Origin: a candidate division WOR-3 bacterium | GTDB taxonomy: Bacteria > Hydrothermota > Tepidihabitantia > Tepidihabitantales > CAIPLT01 | Direction: 5' to 3' | Length of the DNA: 47,184 nt | Assembly: GCA_965649215.1 (NCBI GenBank) | Contig: CBFGJZ010000002.1 | Location: forward strand, 9,150-56,333 | Shown: in pieces, positions 19,581-30,288 of the stretch | Numbering within the stretch: position 1 is the stretch's first letter | How the letters are laid out: each line of letters starts with the position of its first letter | Notes under the pieces: model-generated | Seen by the model: the letters and a program-made list of their open reading frames with translations, nothing else | Databases searched by the model: none | Told to the model about the DNA's origin: nothing | Position numbers and translations under genes: made by a program

Positions 19581-19651
19581 GGATAATGAGATAAAACATT
19601 TAATGTTTAACCCAAGTCATTAAAGAAGTTATGGTTTTAAATCATGACCAC

Positions 19652-19680
19652 TTGACTATTGATTAATAATAATTTAGTAT
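19652..19680 (+). promoter_or_regulatory. Putative promoter of the TPR gene, divergent from tldD
   Basis: TTGACT-N17-TAGTAT. Confidence 0.55.
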
Positions 19681-19707
19681 AGATCAGATCGAACTAGGAC
19701 AAGGATT

Positions 19708-20820
19708 ATGAAAATATTTTTAATGGTAATTAGTGTAATAGTTGTCATTGCTTTTGGGTTATGGCTTTATTTTAAGAAACGGCGCAAAATTCAACATGCT
19801 GAAGAGTTAATACATGAAGGTCGATTACTAGACAAGAAATGCTTTTATGAACAGGCACTTATAAAATATGAAGAGGCAATAAAAGTGAAACCAGATAATG
19901 CGGCAGCTTGGTACTATAAAGGATTAGATTTAGAATTACTGGGTAGGTATCCTGAAGCTTTGGTTGCTTTTGAAAAAGTTTTAGAAATAAACCCTAATTT
20001 TATGCTTGCTTGGTATAACAAGGGATTTATTTTAAGTATCTTAGGAAAACTTCCGGACGCATTAGAAGCATTTGAAAAATCATTAACTTATCAACCAGAT
20101 GATCTGCAAAGTTTATTTCAAAAAGGATTTGTATTAGAACGACTTGGTCAAACCAGTAATGCTTTGGCTTGTTATGAAAAAGTACTTGCCTTGAAACCCG
20201 ATTATTTGACTGCCTGGTTATTTAAAGGAATTGCGCTTTTTACTTTAGGTCAATATCAACAGGCATTAGCCGCATTTGATAAAGCATTACAAATAAATCC
20301 CGATGGAATTGAGATACTATACAATAAAACGTTGGCGTATTATGGACTAGAACAACTCCAAGATGCAAGATTAACATTAGAGCAAGCACTAAAAATTCGA
20401 CCCGATGACGCCAATGGTTGGTTAATTAAAGGTTTAATAATGAGCCACGTCCAAACCCTTCAGGAAACATTGAGTCAGTTTGAGAAAGCCAACGATTTAG
20501 CTCCTACTAACGCTAATACATGGTATACCAAAGGGTTGATTTATCTGTGTTTAGGTCTTTTTGAAGAAACGATTTTTTCATTAAACCGCGCTTTAGAAAT
20601 AAGTTCTCATAATGATGAACTTTGGCTTAAGAAAAAATATCTTGCCAAAAACGAAAATTATTTATTTAAAGCACTCGAATCATTTGAACACGCTATAAAA
20701 TACCGTCCAGATTTTACGTATGCGTTGATTAATAAAGCATTTATCTTAGAAAAATTAGGAAGAAATGAAGAAGCAGATATTACTTTAAAAGAAGCACGTC
20801 GTATAAATCATGTTAAATAA
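19708..20820 (+). CDS. Membrane-anchored tetratricopeptide repeat protein
   Basis: N-terminal TM helix, then about 9 34-aa repeats of the type AWYxKGxxLxxLGxYxEALxAFEKALxIxP. Confidence 0.9.
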   Translation: MKIFLMVISVIVVIAFGLWLYFKKRRKIQHAEELIHEGRLLDKKCFYEQALIKYEEAIKVKPDNAAAWYYKGLDLELLGRYPEALVAFEKVLEINPNFMLAWYNKGFILSILGKLPDALEAFEKSLTYQPDDLQSLFQKGFVLERLGQTSNALACYEKVLALKPDYLTAWLFKGIALFTLGQYQQALAAFDKALQINPDGIEILYNKTLAYYGLEQLQDARLTLEQALKIRPDDANGWLIKGLIMSHVQTLQETLSQFEKANDLAPTNANTWYTKGLIYLCLGLFEETIFSLNRALEISSHNDELWLKKKYLAKNENYLFKALESFEHAIKYRPDFTYALINKAFILEKLGRNEEADITLKEARRINHVK

Positions 20821-20846
20821 ATAATTTTATTAGTGCTTATACCAAA

Positions 20847-22793
20847 CTATATTGGATCTACATCAATATCAATAAGCAGTTTCTTTTGTGATATTGCTTT
20901 TAAGAGATCCTGGTCAGAAAGTAATTCTTGACGACTTATTAGATTAGCCAAATATTGATGTGGTTTTAGTTTTATTAACAATTGGCTACAATATAATTGC
21001 TTCTTATTTATTTTGGAAGTTAGAGTTGGACCCAAAATTGTTAGAGATGGTAAAGCGCTAAGATTTTGAATAAGTTTATTAAGAGTTTGTTGAATAAATT
21101 CAACACTATGACCAAAGACTTTTATTAACGCTAGTCGACTATAAGGTGGATAATTAAGTTTTTTTCTTTGTTTTAGTTCTTGATAGTAAAACTTCTCATA
21201 ATTTTGCTTAATTGCTGAATAGATAGCAAAATGATCAGGATGGTGGGTTTGAATAATTAATTGACATTTTTTATGTTGCGAGCATTTATTTATAATCTGA
21301 GTTAATTCTTGAAAAGTTTTTTCACTGGCACGAAAATTAAGACAATAGAGATTATTATCAGCTGAAATAAATGCAAACAATACAATTTTAGTGTAATCAA
21401 TATTATGAAGACCTAATTTAGTAGTAATAAGAATGTGATGAGAATCGAGATTCAAATTGAAGAGTGTTGATTTTTTTATATTATCCGAATCGACCCGTAA
21501 TATTTTAGCATGGGGGATTATCTTTTTTACTTCGCTAACAACTTTTTGAATGCCTAATCCTTTATAATTAAAATAATTACCTTTACATTTAGGACAAGAG
21601 TCAAATGCCCTGGTTTGGTAATTACACAAATTGCAACTTAGCGCTTTTCCTTCTCGATTGAGAATTAACGCAAGACCGCAGTGGGGGCAGACGGGAATAT
21701 AACCACATTCTTGGCAAATTATTTGAGAAGAAAATCCTAATTTATTGATATAAAGGACAATTGGTTGTTTTGCGCGATGTGCTTTTTGAAGTGAGTATTG
21801 TAGAGATGGAGAAATCATTGAAGATTTGTGTTTACGCATATCAATTAATTTTAAAAATTTATGTTGACTAGGATAATGCTTTCGAGTCGAAATGTTAATC
21901 ATCTCATATTTATTTATTTTCGCATTATAATAAGACTCGATTGAAGGGGTCGTACTGGAAAGAACAGTAACGGCATTGTTTAATTGGGAGCGTATAATTG
22001 CAACGTCTCGCGCATGATAATGAAAATGACGTTCTTGCTCCTTGTAAGAAGTGTCATGCTCATGGTCGACAATTATTAATCCTAAATTACAGACAGGTAC
22101 AAAACAAGCAGAACGCGTACCCAAAACGACCGAGAAGTCTCGATTTCTTAAATTATACCACATTTGATTGCGTAAGTTTGGTCGAAGTCCTGAATGGTAT
22201 ATAAAAAAATTATTCTCGAATCGAGATTGAAATATTTTAAGATAAGATGCGCTTAAAATTATTTCAGGGACTAAAATAATTACTGATTTTCTTAATTTTA
22301 TCGTTTCGTTGATTAAATAAAGGTATAAATCAATTAATACTTTTTGGTCTTTATTAAATAATAGGAAGGTACGATATTGATTTAATCGCAGATAATCAAT
22401 TATTTTATTCATCAAATTAAAATCTTTGTCAATAGCAATGTTGTTTGGTTCACATAAACAATTCTGATTTTGGTTACAATGATATCGATAAACAGATTGA
22501 GGAATTGCTAATCTTAAAAGGGAACCCCAATGTATAAAATAGTACTTTTTTACCCAATTTAAAAGAGCAAACAATTCAGAAGATAAAAAATCGGAATTAA
22601 GGACCCGCAAAATATTTTTTGTGTTGTTTATGTTAGACTTTTCGGATAAAGCAACTACAATTCCAGGAGTTAATTTTGATTTTAATTCTACTTCAACTAA
22701 AGAACCGACCTTAATTAAAGAAATATAGTTCTCGGGAATCGAATAGGTTAGAGTGTCAAAGGAAGGGAAAGGAAGAGCAATTTCAGCAAACAT
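20847..22793 (-). CDS. priA: Primosomal protein N' (PriA) with degenerate ATPase motifs
   Basis: 3' DNA-binding N-terminus (LTYSIP), LVPEI, YHSGL, LGTRSA, SYKEQE...YHARDVA, eight-Cys Zn region, LNYPPY, IDVDPI. Walker A is absent. Confidence 0.88.
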   Translation of the reverse strand: MFAEIALPFPSFDTLTYSIPENYISLIKVGSLVEVELKSKLTPGIVVALSEKSNINNTKNILRVLNSDFLSSELFALLNWVKKYYFIHWGSLLRLAIPQSVYRYHCNQNQNCLCEPNNIAIDKDFNLMNKIIDYLRLNQYRTFLLFNKDQKVLIDLYLYLINETIKLRKSVIILVPEIILSASYLKIFQSRFENNFFIYHSGLRPNLRNQMWYNLRNRDFSVVLGTRSACFVPVCNLGLIIVDHEHDTSYKEQERHFHYHARDVAIIRSQLNNAVTVLSSTTPSIESYYNAKINKYEMINISTRKHYPSQHKFLKLIDMRKHKSSMISPSLQYSLQKAHRAKQPIVLYINKLGFSSQIICQECGYIPVCPHCGLALILNREGKALSCNLCNYQTRAFDSCPKCKGNYFNYKGLGIQKVVSEVKKIIPHAKILRVDSDNIKKSTLFNLNLDSHHILITTKLGLHNIDYTKIVLFAFISADNNLYCLNFRASEKTFQELTQIINKCSQHKKCQLIIQTHHPDHFAIYSAIKQNYEKFYYQELKQRKKLNYPPYSRLALIKVFGHSVEFIQQTLNKLIQNLSALPSLTILGPTLTSKINKKQLYCSQLLIKLKPHQYLANLISRQELLSDQDLLKAISQKKLLIDIDVDPI

Positions 22794-22831
22794 TATTTGG
22801 TTGCCCTATATTTTATAAATTTTTTGTCATA

Positions 22832-25800
22832 TTAATATCTGATTTTATATTGATATTTCAATCGATAACGACCATCATTGTCGTGTTCACCAATTACTTC
22901 GTGAGATCGTGCAAAAAAATATTCAATCCGAAAAATATCATAGACATTTCCACTAATATCATACTCATAGGAAAAATAGAGATTAGAACTAATATATTTA
23001 CCAACTTTTACTCTAGCACCATTGCCATTAATTAATCCACTTTCAATCCACAAATAATCTAAGTATATAAGATTGCGAATTCGCTTCATTAATTCACGTT
23101 CGAAATAACCAATGAATTTAGTGGATAGTACGTTTGTCAATAATTCACGTGTTTCAAAGGCAGACATTTCTTGCCAAGTAACATTTAAGGTTAGGTAACT
23201 GAGAATATCATTTTCAGATAGATAGGGAGGATCCGAATAAAATTTAAAAGTTGGTTCATTCAAACGACCCGTTAAAGAAAGAATAATTTTTATTCGTTCT
23301 GTTTGATCTGGTTGAATTTGAATTTGACGCGTTGCGAGTTCAGCATTAATATCCAAGTGTGGATTTAATTCTGAAATGTTATCAAAAATTATTTCTCCTT
23401 TAGAGATTTTGAGCGTATGATCAAGATAATAAAAATTTCCTTGTAGAGCAGTTAAGGAACCCGAATAAATTTGATTATCATCTTGATTAAAAATATTCAA
23501 ATTAGCACTAAATTCAATATCGCACATTTGATTACGTAACCAAATATCACGTTCCCCAGTAATTTTTAAATTTAGATAGATATTTTGGGTGTTTTTTGAT
23601 GGGAGAGAAAGTGAACTCTCAAATTCTTTAGTTATAAGAGCTTCCTTTATAGTTATGTCGCCACTAATAACTATGAGATTTTCCCCTCGGAATGCGTTGG
23701 TAGTTTTCATGTCAATATTCAAACTACCATTTAGAATTGTAAAAATATCTTTATCGGGTTGTAGAGGGGCGTTATTAAGCAATATTGAAATTGACAGCGT
23801 ATCAACTTTGTTTAGTTCTAATAATTTTATAATTCCATAAGAGTATAGAGTACCACTGCTAACCGTTCCTTGTAGATTTTTGATATAAATATTAGTTTTT
23901 TCGAAATCCAATTGAGCACTAACATTATGACACGGAGTATTGGTATTGACTATTAAAAGATCGCTTTCAGAAATTAGAATTTGACCATCAAGAATGGGAT
24001 CTTTAATAGTTCCTTGAATACGACCTTGACCATATATTTTACCACTTTGAACATCAATAATATCTTTCAGAAAGAAAAATAACCAGGCACCGGGGTCATT
24101 AAATGTTATATTTAAATTTATTGGCATTTGATTTATTGATTCTCGGTTTATATTGAGTGTACCATATATTTGGGAGGTATCGTAGTTATGCACGATTTTT
24201 AGAGTATTTACAAATAAAATAGAATCAAGAAACAAAGCCTCACCGTTAATTGATTTAAGTTTTATGTTAGAGTGATGTTTAATTTCATTCTTGTTAAATA
24301 GATTAGTTGGGATTTCAAGTTCATATCCCGAAATATGTAATAATATATTATTTTGTTTTGATTGGTTTATAAATGAAAAATTAATTAAACCATTAATAGG
24401 ATATGGCATTTGTAAGAGATTAGCAATTTTAGATAAGTTAATATTATTTGCGATTATACTAAATTGGGGTTGATAATGTGATTCTTTAGTTATATTGATT
24501 GTTACAAGACCACTTCCGATTGCTAATAAAATGTCTTTTAAGTAAAATAATGAATCTTTTTTACCGACAGAAAAAGGATTGATACTGTTTATTGTTTCGT
24601 TAGCAGTAGTTATCTGTAATTTTCTAACATTACATACAATCTCATGATCATCTGTACTTAAAATGCCATCTATTTCAATTGAACTGTGTAAAATATTTTT
24701 GAGATATAACGATAGCTCTTCTTCTTTTAATTGACATTCAAAGTGCTCGCAATTTTTATCGTGCCAACTTACGCTATCGCCCTTAATTTCGATTAACCCT
24801 TTTATTTTTTTGATATCATTTAGTTGATATGCTAAATTAATCTTTTTGAAATTTAGATTGTAATAGCTTCCATTCTCAATATTTATCTTAGCTGAACTTG
24901 AGATATTGTCTTGATGTAGTTGGATTGTTAAATTTCCATTAGCAACACCACTTATATCATATTTAAGATTTAAGTATGGATTTAATAATTGTGATAGCAA
25001 CTCAAGAGAGAAATTATTAAATGTTATATCATAGTTATCAAAAAGTTTGTTTTGTTTTATCAATTTGGAGTTTCGGACATCTAATACGCTATAGTTATCC
25101 TTTAAAGATAGTCTCTCTACTTCAATGCGTCTATCGTATATTTTTATATTTATTATGATTGATTCAATTTTAGGTTGATGTGCCGATGCGAAAATACCAA
25201 TAAGAATTTTATTTGTTTCAATCCCCCTTATTGTCGCTTTCCCACTTATGTAATTATCTTGAAGGGGTTTAATTGAAAGCGGTAAATTATTGAATATTAG
25301 TTCTCCTTCGTACGTTAAAGGATTAAATTTTAAGTCAGCTATCAAGCTTAGGTTAGTTAATAAATTATTATTTAGATGAGATAAGTATTCTAAATTTAAT
25401 CTTTGGTTTTGTATTGTTATTGTTCCCCCACCATCTGGGAAATAATTGTTTTGAATTTTTAATTCTTTAGTTTTATAAAAAATATCTGCTGACATATTTT
25501 TTATTTGCCATTGAAATGGTACGATATCAATTAATATTTCACCATTGCAATCTAAGATTCCACTTAATTGTGAATTGGGATTATTTAATTTATAGTTAAA
25601 ATTATGTAATGATATTTGAAATTTGTTTTCAGTAAGCATATACCGAGCATCAAAGTTAATTGTTAAGCTATTATTAGTTGCTCGGATATCGGTCATAGAT
25701 AAAGTATTATTCTGCCAAATGATTTTTCCTTGAATATTATTAAATTGTGATTTTAGAGTTGTTAATTGAATTTTTGACTCAAAGATTTTAATTGTAATTG

Positions 25801-26311
25801 CTTGGGGTTTTAGACTAAGCTGACATAGTATGGATAAAGAATCATAGACAGTTTGGGTATCTTTTAATATTTTGCCATTAATAACTTGTAAGCGGTCTAT
25901 ATTCAATAAGGGAAGTAGATAATTGAAATTTAGATTATTTTTACTAATTGACGGTTGTGTTGTTAAATATAAAACTGGCTTTGTGATGACGAGTTTATTA
26001 ATTTTATTTTCTTGAGGAGTGATAAAAGATAGTAATCGATAAGATAAGTATATTTTTTGAGCAGTTATAGAATCGCCCGATGGAATAATAAAAGCAACAT
26101 CTGTTAATTCTATGCCATACAAGATATTCCCTTTGATGGTCTGCACTCTTATTTGACTTTTTATAGCTTTGCTTATCATTGAGAGTGCTTTTTGCTGGAG
26201 ATAGTTGTTGATAGTTTCTTTAAAAGATACATATATCAACAGGAGGGTGCTTATAATAATTAGTAAAATTAGCAGAGGTAATATTATTTTTAATTTGTAT
26301 TGTTTTTTCAT
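22832..26311 (-). CDS. tamB: TamB-like (AsmA/DUF490) translocation and assembly module protein
   Basis: N-terminal anchor and a long beta-rich body. C-terminal DUF490-like segment (LTGRLNEP...SDPPYLSENDILSYL...VGKYISSNLY). Coupled to an Omp85 gene. Confidence 0.8.
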   Translation of the reverse strand: MKKQYKLKIILPLLILLIIISTLLLIYVSFKETINNYLQQKALSMISKAIKSQIRVQTIKGNILYGIELTDVAFIIPSGDSITAQKIYLSYRLLSFITPQENKINKLVITKPVLYLTTQPSISKNNLNFNYLLPLLNIDRLQVINGKILKDTQTVYDSLSILCQLSLKPQAITIKIFESKIQLTTLKSQFNNIQGKIIWQNNTLSMTDIRATNNSLTINFDARYMLTENKFQISLHNFNYKLNNPNSQLSGILDCNGEILIDIVPFQWQIKNMSADIFYKTKELKIQNNYFPDGGGTITIQNQRLNLEYLSHLNNNLLTNLSLIADLKFNPLTYEGELIFNNLPLSIKPLQDNYISGKATIRGIETNKILIGIFASAHQPKIESIIINIKIYDRRIEVERLSLKDNYSVLDVRNSKLIKQNKLFDNYDITFNNFSLELLSQLLNPYLNLKYDISGVANGNLTIQLHQDNISSSAKINIENGSYYNLNFKKINLAYQLNDIKKIKGLIEIKGDSVSWHDKNCEHFECQLKEEELSLYLKNILHSSIEIDGILSTDDHEIVCNVRKLQITTANETINSINPFSVGKKDSLFYLKDILLAIGSGLVTINITKESHYQPQFSIIANNINLSKIANLLQMPYPINGLINFSFINQSKQNNILLHISGYELEIPTNLFNKNEIKHHSNIKLKSINGEALFLDSILFVNTLKIVHNYDTSQIYGTLNINRESINQMPINLNITFNDPGAWLFFFLKDIIDVQSGKIYGQGRIQGTIKDPILDGQILISESDLLIVNTNTPCHNVSAQLDFEKTNIYIKNLQGTVSSGTLYSYGIIKLLELNKVDTLSISILLNNAPLQPDKDIFTILNGSLNIDMKTTNAFRGENLIVISGDITIKEALITKEFESSLSLPSKNTQNIYLNLKITGERDIWLRNQMCDIEFSANLNIFNQDDNQIYSGSLTALQGNFYYLDHTLKISKGEIIFDNISELNPHLDINAELATRQIQIQPDQTERIKIILSLTGRLNEPTFKFYSDPPYLSENDILSYLTLNVTWQEMSAFETRELLTNVLSTKFIGYFERELMKRIRNLIYLDYLWIESGLINGNGARVKVGKYISSNLYFSYEYDISGNVYDIFRIEYFFARSHEVIGEHDNDGRYRLKYQYKIRY

Positions 26312-28050
26312 TAGAAAATATTAAGTAGTCCTAAATGTATTTTACCCCAATCACCACTTGCGGGATCTTTGAGTCTTTTTGCATAATCAATGCGCAGCGG
26401 TCCAAGAGGTGTATTAATTCGAATTCCGATGCCGCCACTATAATGCAGAAGTTCGCTATTAAAATTAAATAGTTCATCTTGATTTGTAACTTTACCACCG
26501 TCAAAAAAGATAACTAAGTCAATTATTTTGTCTGTTTTTGTTCTTAATTCAAAATTGGTATTAATAATTGCATCGCCATAATGATAATCAGAAATAGTAA
26601 GGGGGCCGATTGCTTTATCATCATATCCACGTAAGCCGTTATTACCGCCCAAACTAAATGCTTCATAGTAGGGAACAACATCACTACGGCCATAAGGAAT
26701 GACAAACCCGAATAGACTTCTAACACCAAATACCAATTGAGGCAAAATCTTCTTAAAGAGAATAAATTCAGTTTGATTTTTAAAAAAATCATTATCACCA
26801 CCTAATATTTTACCAGCCCATTGAAAATTTGTAGTTAGAAAAATTCCCGAAGTTGGTCTAAATAGGTTATCTCTGGTATCCAGACTAAGATAAATATTTT
26901 GTGAATTAGTAATACTCTGTTTGGGGTTTGACGAAGTGTCGGCAAGATTCGAAGTTGCGCGTAGATATTTAATAAAAGTTCCGAGTTCAAGTTTCGTTTC
27001 GATATAATGAGAAATACCGGCATCGATTCGAAGTTCATTTTGTTTTACGCTATCTTTTTTCTCGAAACGAAATGATGGTTGGAAAACGAAATTTATTGGT
27101 GTCGTAAGAAAATGATAGATACGATAAGTGCTTTTAAATTGGTTTTCAAAATTACCGCTAAAAGCAGGGGTAAAATTTAAAGAAACGAATAGATTATGAC
27201 GTTTTCGCCACAGATTGTGATGCTGCCATTCTGCTGATAACAAAAGTGCAGCGGGTGGTGTCTGAATACCCGCCCCAAAACCAACACTTCGCGGCGGCAA
27301 TTCTAAAACATCAAATCTAATAATGACACTGTCTTTGGTGTTGGTGTCAATGATATAATACAAAACTCGCTCGAACAATCGAGATGCGTATAAATTTTGG
27401 CGTGATTTTTCTAACTTTGTAAGCGAGAATTTTTCGCCTTTTTTTATCTCAATGATTTGTTGCATAAGATGGGTTGACAAGTTATGATTACCGCGAAATA
27501 ACAGCGATTTGATGAAAACGAGTTGACCTTCAATAATATGGAAATTTACTACCGCGAGATAATTGAGAGTTTCGATGTCAGTTTGGATATTAATAAAAGG
27601 ATACCCGTTGTTCTGATAGTGTTGAGTTATTTGTTTTTCGGTTTGTTTAATATTGTTACTGATTAAATAATCACCAACTTTTATTTTTACGATTGATTTA
27701 ATTTTTGAGAGTGTAAAGTTTTCAACGCCGCTAAAGTTGATAGCTGAGATTTTTATTCTTGGTCCTTCATTAATGAGAAAATAAACATTTTTTCCCTTTG
27801 TAGTTGAGATGATTTTTGTATCTAACTTAGTTTGCCAAAAGCCTTGATTGTGATAAAGGTTAATAATATTTTCAACATCATTTTGGAGAGTTATCGGATA
27901 GAAAGGTTCTTTGACTTTAGTTGTTAACAGACGAGTTAACACAGAACTTTTAACAGATCGGTTTCCTTGAAAATAAATTTTTCGGACATTCAGCGATTCT
28001 TGAGATGGTACTGCAACAAGAATAGTTATGATTGATAATATATTTAACAT
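26311..28050 (-). CDS. tamA: Omp85-family (TamA/BamA-like) outer-membrane protein with POTRA domains
   Basis: Three POTRA-like repeats, FSLGGNNGLRGY, TPLGPLRIDYA, C-terminal Phe. TAATG coupling to tamB. Confidence 0.82.
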   Translation of the reverse strand: MLNILSIITILVAVPSQESLNVRKIYFQGNRSVKSSVLTRLLTTKVKEPFYPITLQNDVENIINLYHNQGFWQTKLDTKIISTTKGKNVYFLINEGPRIKISAINFSGVENFTLSKIKSIVKIKVGDYLISNNIKQTEKQITQHYQNNGYPFINIQTDIETLNYLAVVNFHIIEGQLVFIKSLLFRGNHNLSTHLMQQIIEIKKGEKFSLTKLEKSRQNLYASRLFERVLYYIIDTNTKDSVIIRFDVLELPPRSVGFGAGIQTPPAALLLSAEWQHHNLWRKRHNLFVSLNFTPAFSGNFENQFKSTYRIYHFLTTPINFVFQPSFRFEKKDSVKQNELRIDAGISHYIETKLELGTFIKYLRATSNLADTSSNPKQSITNSQNIYLSLDTRDNLFRPTSGIFLTTNFQWAGKILGGDNDFFKNQTEFILFKKILPQLVFGVRSLFGFVIPYGRSDVVPYYEAFSLGGNNGLRGYDDKAIGPLTISDYHYGDAIINTNFELRTKTDKIIDLVIFFDGGKVTNQDELFNFNSELLHYSGGIGIRINTPLGPLRIDYAKRLKDPASGDWGKIHLGLLNIF

Positions 28051-28170
28051 TATCGATTAAAAATATTTTACTTGAATCCGACTAAAAGGCAATAGATTAG
28101 ATAATTCTAAAATAAAAGACCAAAATTTATTTCTAAAGAATTATCCCCAATTAAAATTATAAGATATCGG

Positions 28171-29520
28171 TTATTTTATTTCGATCATATGAACCGAGCA
28201 AGAAATACAGGGATCATAAGCACGAACGATCATTTCTAAAATCAATTTAATTTCGTTTTGTTTTTCTTCGCTTAATTCATTAAGTGATTTAGATTCAACA
28301 TTAGTTAAGAGATTTTGAGCAGCGACACGAATATGAGTTTCCATTGAGTCCAAATTCTGAGTTGTTGGAATAACCATATTAGCAGCACTAACTAAACCGC
28401 GATTCACTTCGTAATAATGATATAATGTACCTCGAGGTGCTTCAACTGCACCAACAGCTTTGCCCGTAAGTTTAGGTGGTTTTTGAATTTTCGTATCGAC
28501 ACTTAATGTTTTTTCTTTTTTCAAAATCAGATCAATTAATCGGGGGATTTGTTCTAAGCTAAACAATATTTCGATAGCTTGGGCTAAATTACCGTATAAA
28601 GGATTTCTTATCCAACTTAGACTGTAACATCGTTTGAATGCTTCACCAGCTTTGTCTCGTAATCTTTCTCCTAATAGATTCATACGTGCTAATGCACCGA
28701 CGACAAAAGGTCGATCATTATAACGACACCGTTTAGCAGTAGAATGTTCAACAACTCGTTCATTAGTTAATTCTTTATATTTCTCGATGGGATGCTCTTC
28801 GCCCGTTGAAATTAATACTCGATCACCAACAAACCCATATTGATCTGTCGGTGGTTTTAAACACATAAAGACCATGCCATCTTCCATGGAAGTTGGATAT
28901 TGTAAATTGCGTAATAATTCGACCATTTCTTCAGCATCTTTAATTAACTCTTGAGCCTGCCATTTTATATCAAATAATTGTTGACGAGTTGGTATTGTGC
29001 CGAATCCGCCCACAGTTGCATTTTCACCATGGGTCCAGCGAGCAGTTATTGTTGCCATAATATGATTACCAAATTTTTTGAGTTTAAGGGCTTTTAGAAT
29101 TTGTGGTGCGAATTTATCGACCATGCTCACTGCAGACGGATAACCAACAAAATCGGGGAGGGCCAAAGCAAAAGCATGTAATGCATGGCTTTCAATCATT
29201 TCACCATAGTGCATGAGTGTTCTTAAATAGTGGGTGGCTTTAGTTTCTTTATAATCTAAAGCACGTTCAAAAGCTCGTATAGCTGCATAACGATGCGATA
29301 CCGAGCAAATCGCACAAATTCGTGGTACGATACTGGTTGCTTCTTGAGGTGTTTTGCCGATAACCAATGATTCAAAAAGCCGAGGGCCTTCAGGGATATT
29401 TAATTTAACATCTTTTATTTTACCCTTTTGTACTTCAACCAATATATTACCATGCCCTTCAACGCGTGCTAAAGCTGGAATTCGGATTTTATTAAAGTTT
29501 ATTTTTGTAATTTTTTCCAT
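28171..29520 (-). CDS. Group 3b NiFe hydrogenase (sulfhydrogenase) large/alpha subunit
   Basis: ARVEGHG, L1 RICAICSVSH, VEAPRGTLYH, L2 DPCISCSVH with a short tail (MIEIK). Confidence 0.93.
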   Translation of the reverse strand: MEKITKINFNKIRIPALARVEGHGNILVEVQKGKIKDVKLNIPEGPRLFESLVIGKTPQEATSIVPRICAICSVSHRYAAIRAFERALDYKETKATHYLRTLMHYGEMIESHALHAFALALPDFVGYPSAVSMVDKFAPQILKALKLKKFGNHIMATITARWTHGENATVGGFGTIPTRQQLFDIKWQAQELIKDAEEMVELLRNLQYPTSMEDGMVFMCLKPPTDQYGFVGDRVLISTGEEHPIEKYKELTNERVVEHSTAKRCRYNDRPFVVGALARMNLLGERLRDKAGEAFKRCYSLSWIRNPLYGNLAQAIEILFSLEQIPRLIDLILKKEKTLSVDTKIQKPPKLTGKAVGAVEAPRGTLYHYYEVNRGLVSAANMVIPTTQNLDSMETHIRVAAQNLLTNVESKSLNELSEEKQNEIKLILEMIVRAYDPCISCSVHMIEIK

Positions 29521-30287
29521 AGTGATTTAAAATGCTTAATAAATTTTACTCCACCAAAAAGGCGTAGTTTTCGTTCAATTTCTGAAAAAGTATATCCTTT
29601 TTCTTTTAAAAGACTGAATTGAGATGTCAAGTTGGCTTCGTCAGCCGGTCCGAAACAACCGATACAAGGTAAATTATGAGAAGGACAACGCGCTTTACAG
29701 CCCGCAGCAGTTACTGGACCTAAACAAAGTCTGTTTTTTAAGAGTAAACATTCATTTTCGTTCCATTTACATTCCAGGCAGACCGGTGTTTTAGGAACAT
29801 CAACTGGTAAATCTTTGAGGAGACGTGCGTAATTATAAAGGAATAGTTCTGCATCAATCGGGCAACCGGGAATATAGTAGTCGACTTTAATAAAAGCATC
29901 AACCGGTTTTGATTCGAATGGTTTAACAACCTTGAAATACTTTTTACCATATACTTTATCAAATCGTCTTGCCCAAGTACCTTTTTCATTTTCCATTGCC
30001 TGAACGCCACCGTAACACGAACAATTGCCAAGACAGACAATCTTTTTAGTACGGGGTCTGAGTTCGTGGAGAAATTCTTCTTGTTCATCAGTTGTCACTG
30101 AGCCATCGAGAAAGGCAATATCTTGTTCTTTTTCGACATTATTACTTTGGGCCATCAGAAAGGAAACGACATCGGCAGCATTAAAAATATCAAGTAACGA
30201 ATCCTCACAGTTTAAAATTGTTAACAGACAACCGGAACAGCCCGATAAATTATAAAAAGCTACTTTTGATTTATTAAAATTTGCCAT
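29499..30287 (-). CDS. NiFe hydrogenase small/delta subunit
   Basis: CSGC, DGSV, GNCSCYGG, IPGCP, and a C-terminal Fe-S Cys cluster (CLECK, CLGPVT, CIGCFG). Confidence 0.92.
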   Translation of the reverse strand: MANFNKSKVAFYNLSGCSGCLLTILNCEDSLLDIFNAADVVSFLMAQSNNVEKEQDIAFLDGSVTTDEQEEFLHELRPRTKKIVCLGNCSCYGGVQAMENEKGTWARRFDKVYGKKYFKVVKPFESKPVDAFIKVDYYIPGCPIDAELFLYNYARLLKDLPVDVPKTPVCLECKWNENECLLLKNRLCLGPVTAAGCKARCPSHNLPCIGCFGPADEANLTSQFSLLKEKGYTFSEIERKLRLFGGVKFIKHFKSLWKKLQK

Positions 30288-30288
30288 A

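Noticed and set aside
28171-29520. Selenocysteine-containing hydrogenase
   Set aside because: Both Ni-binding motifs use Cys codons and there is no in-frame TGA.
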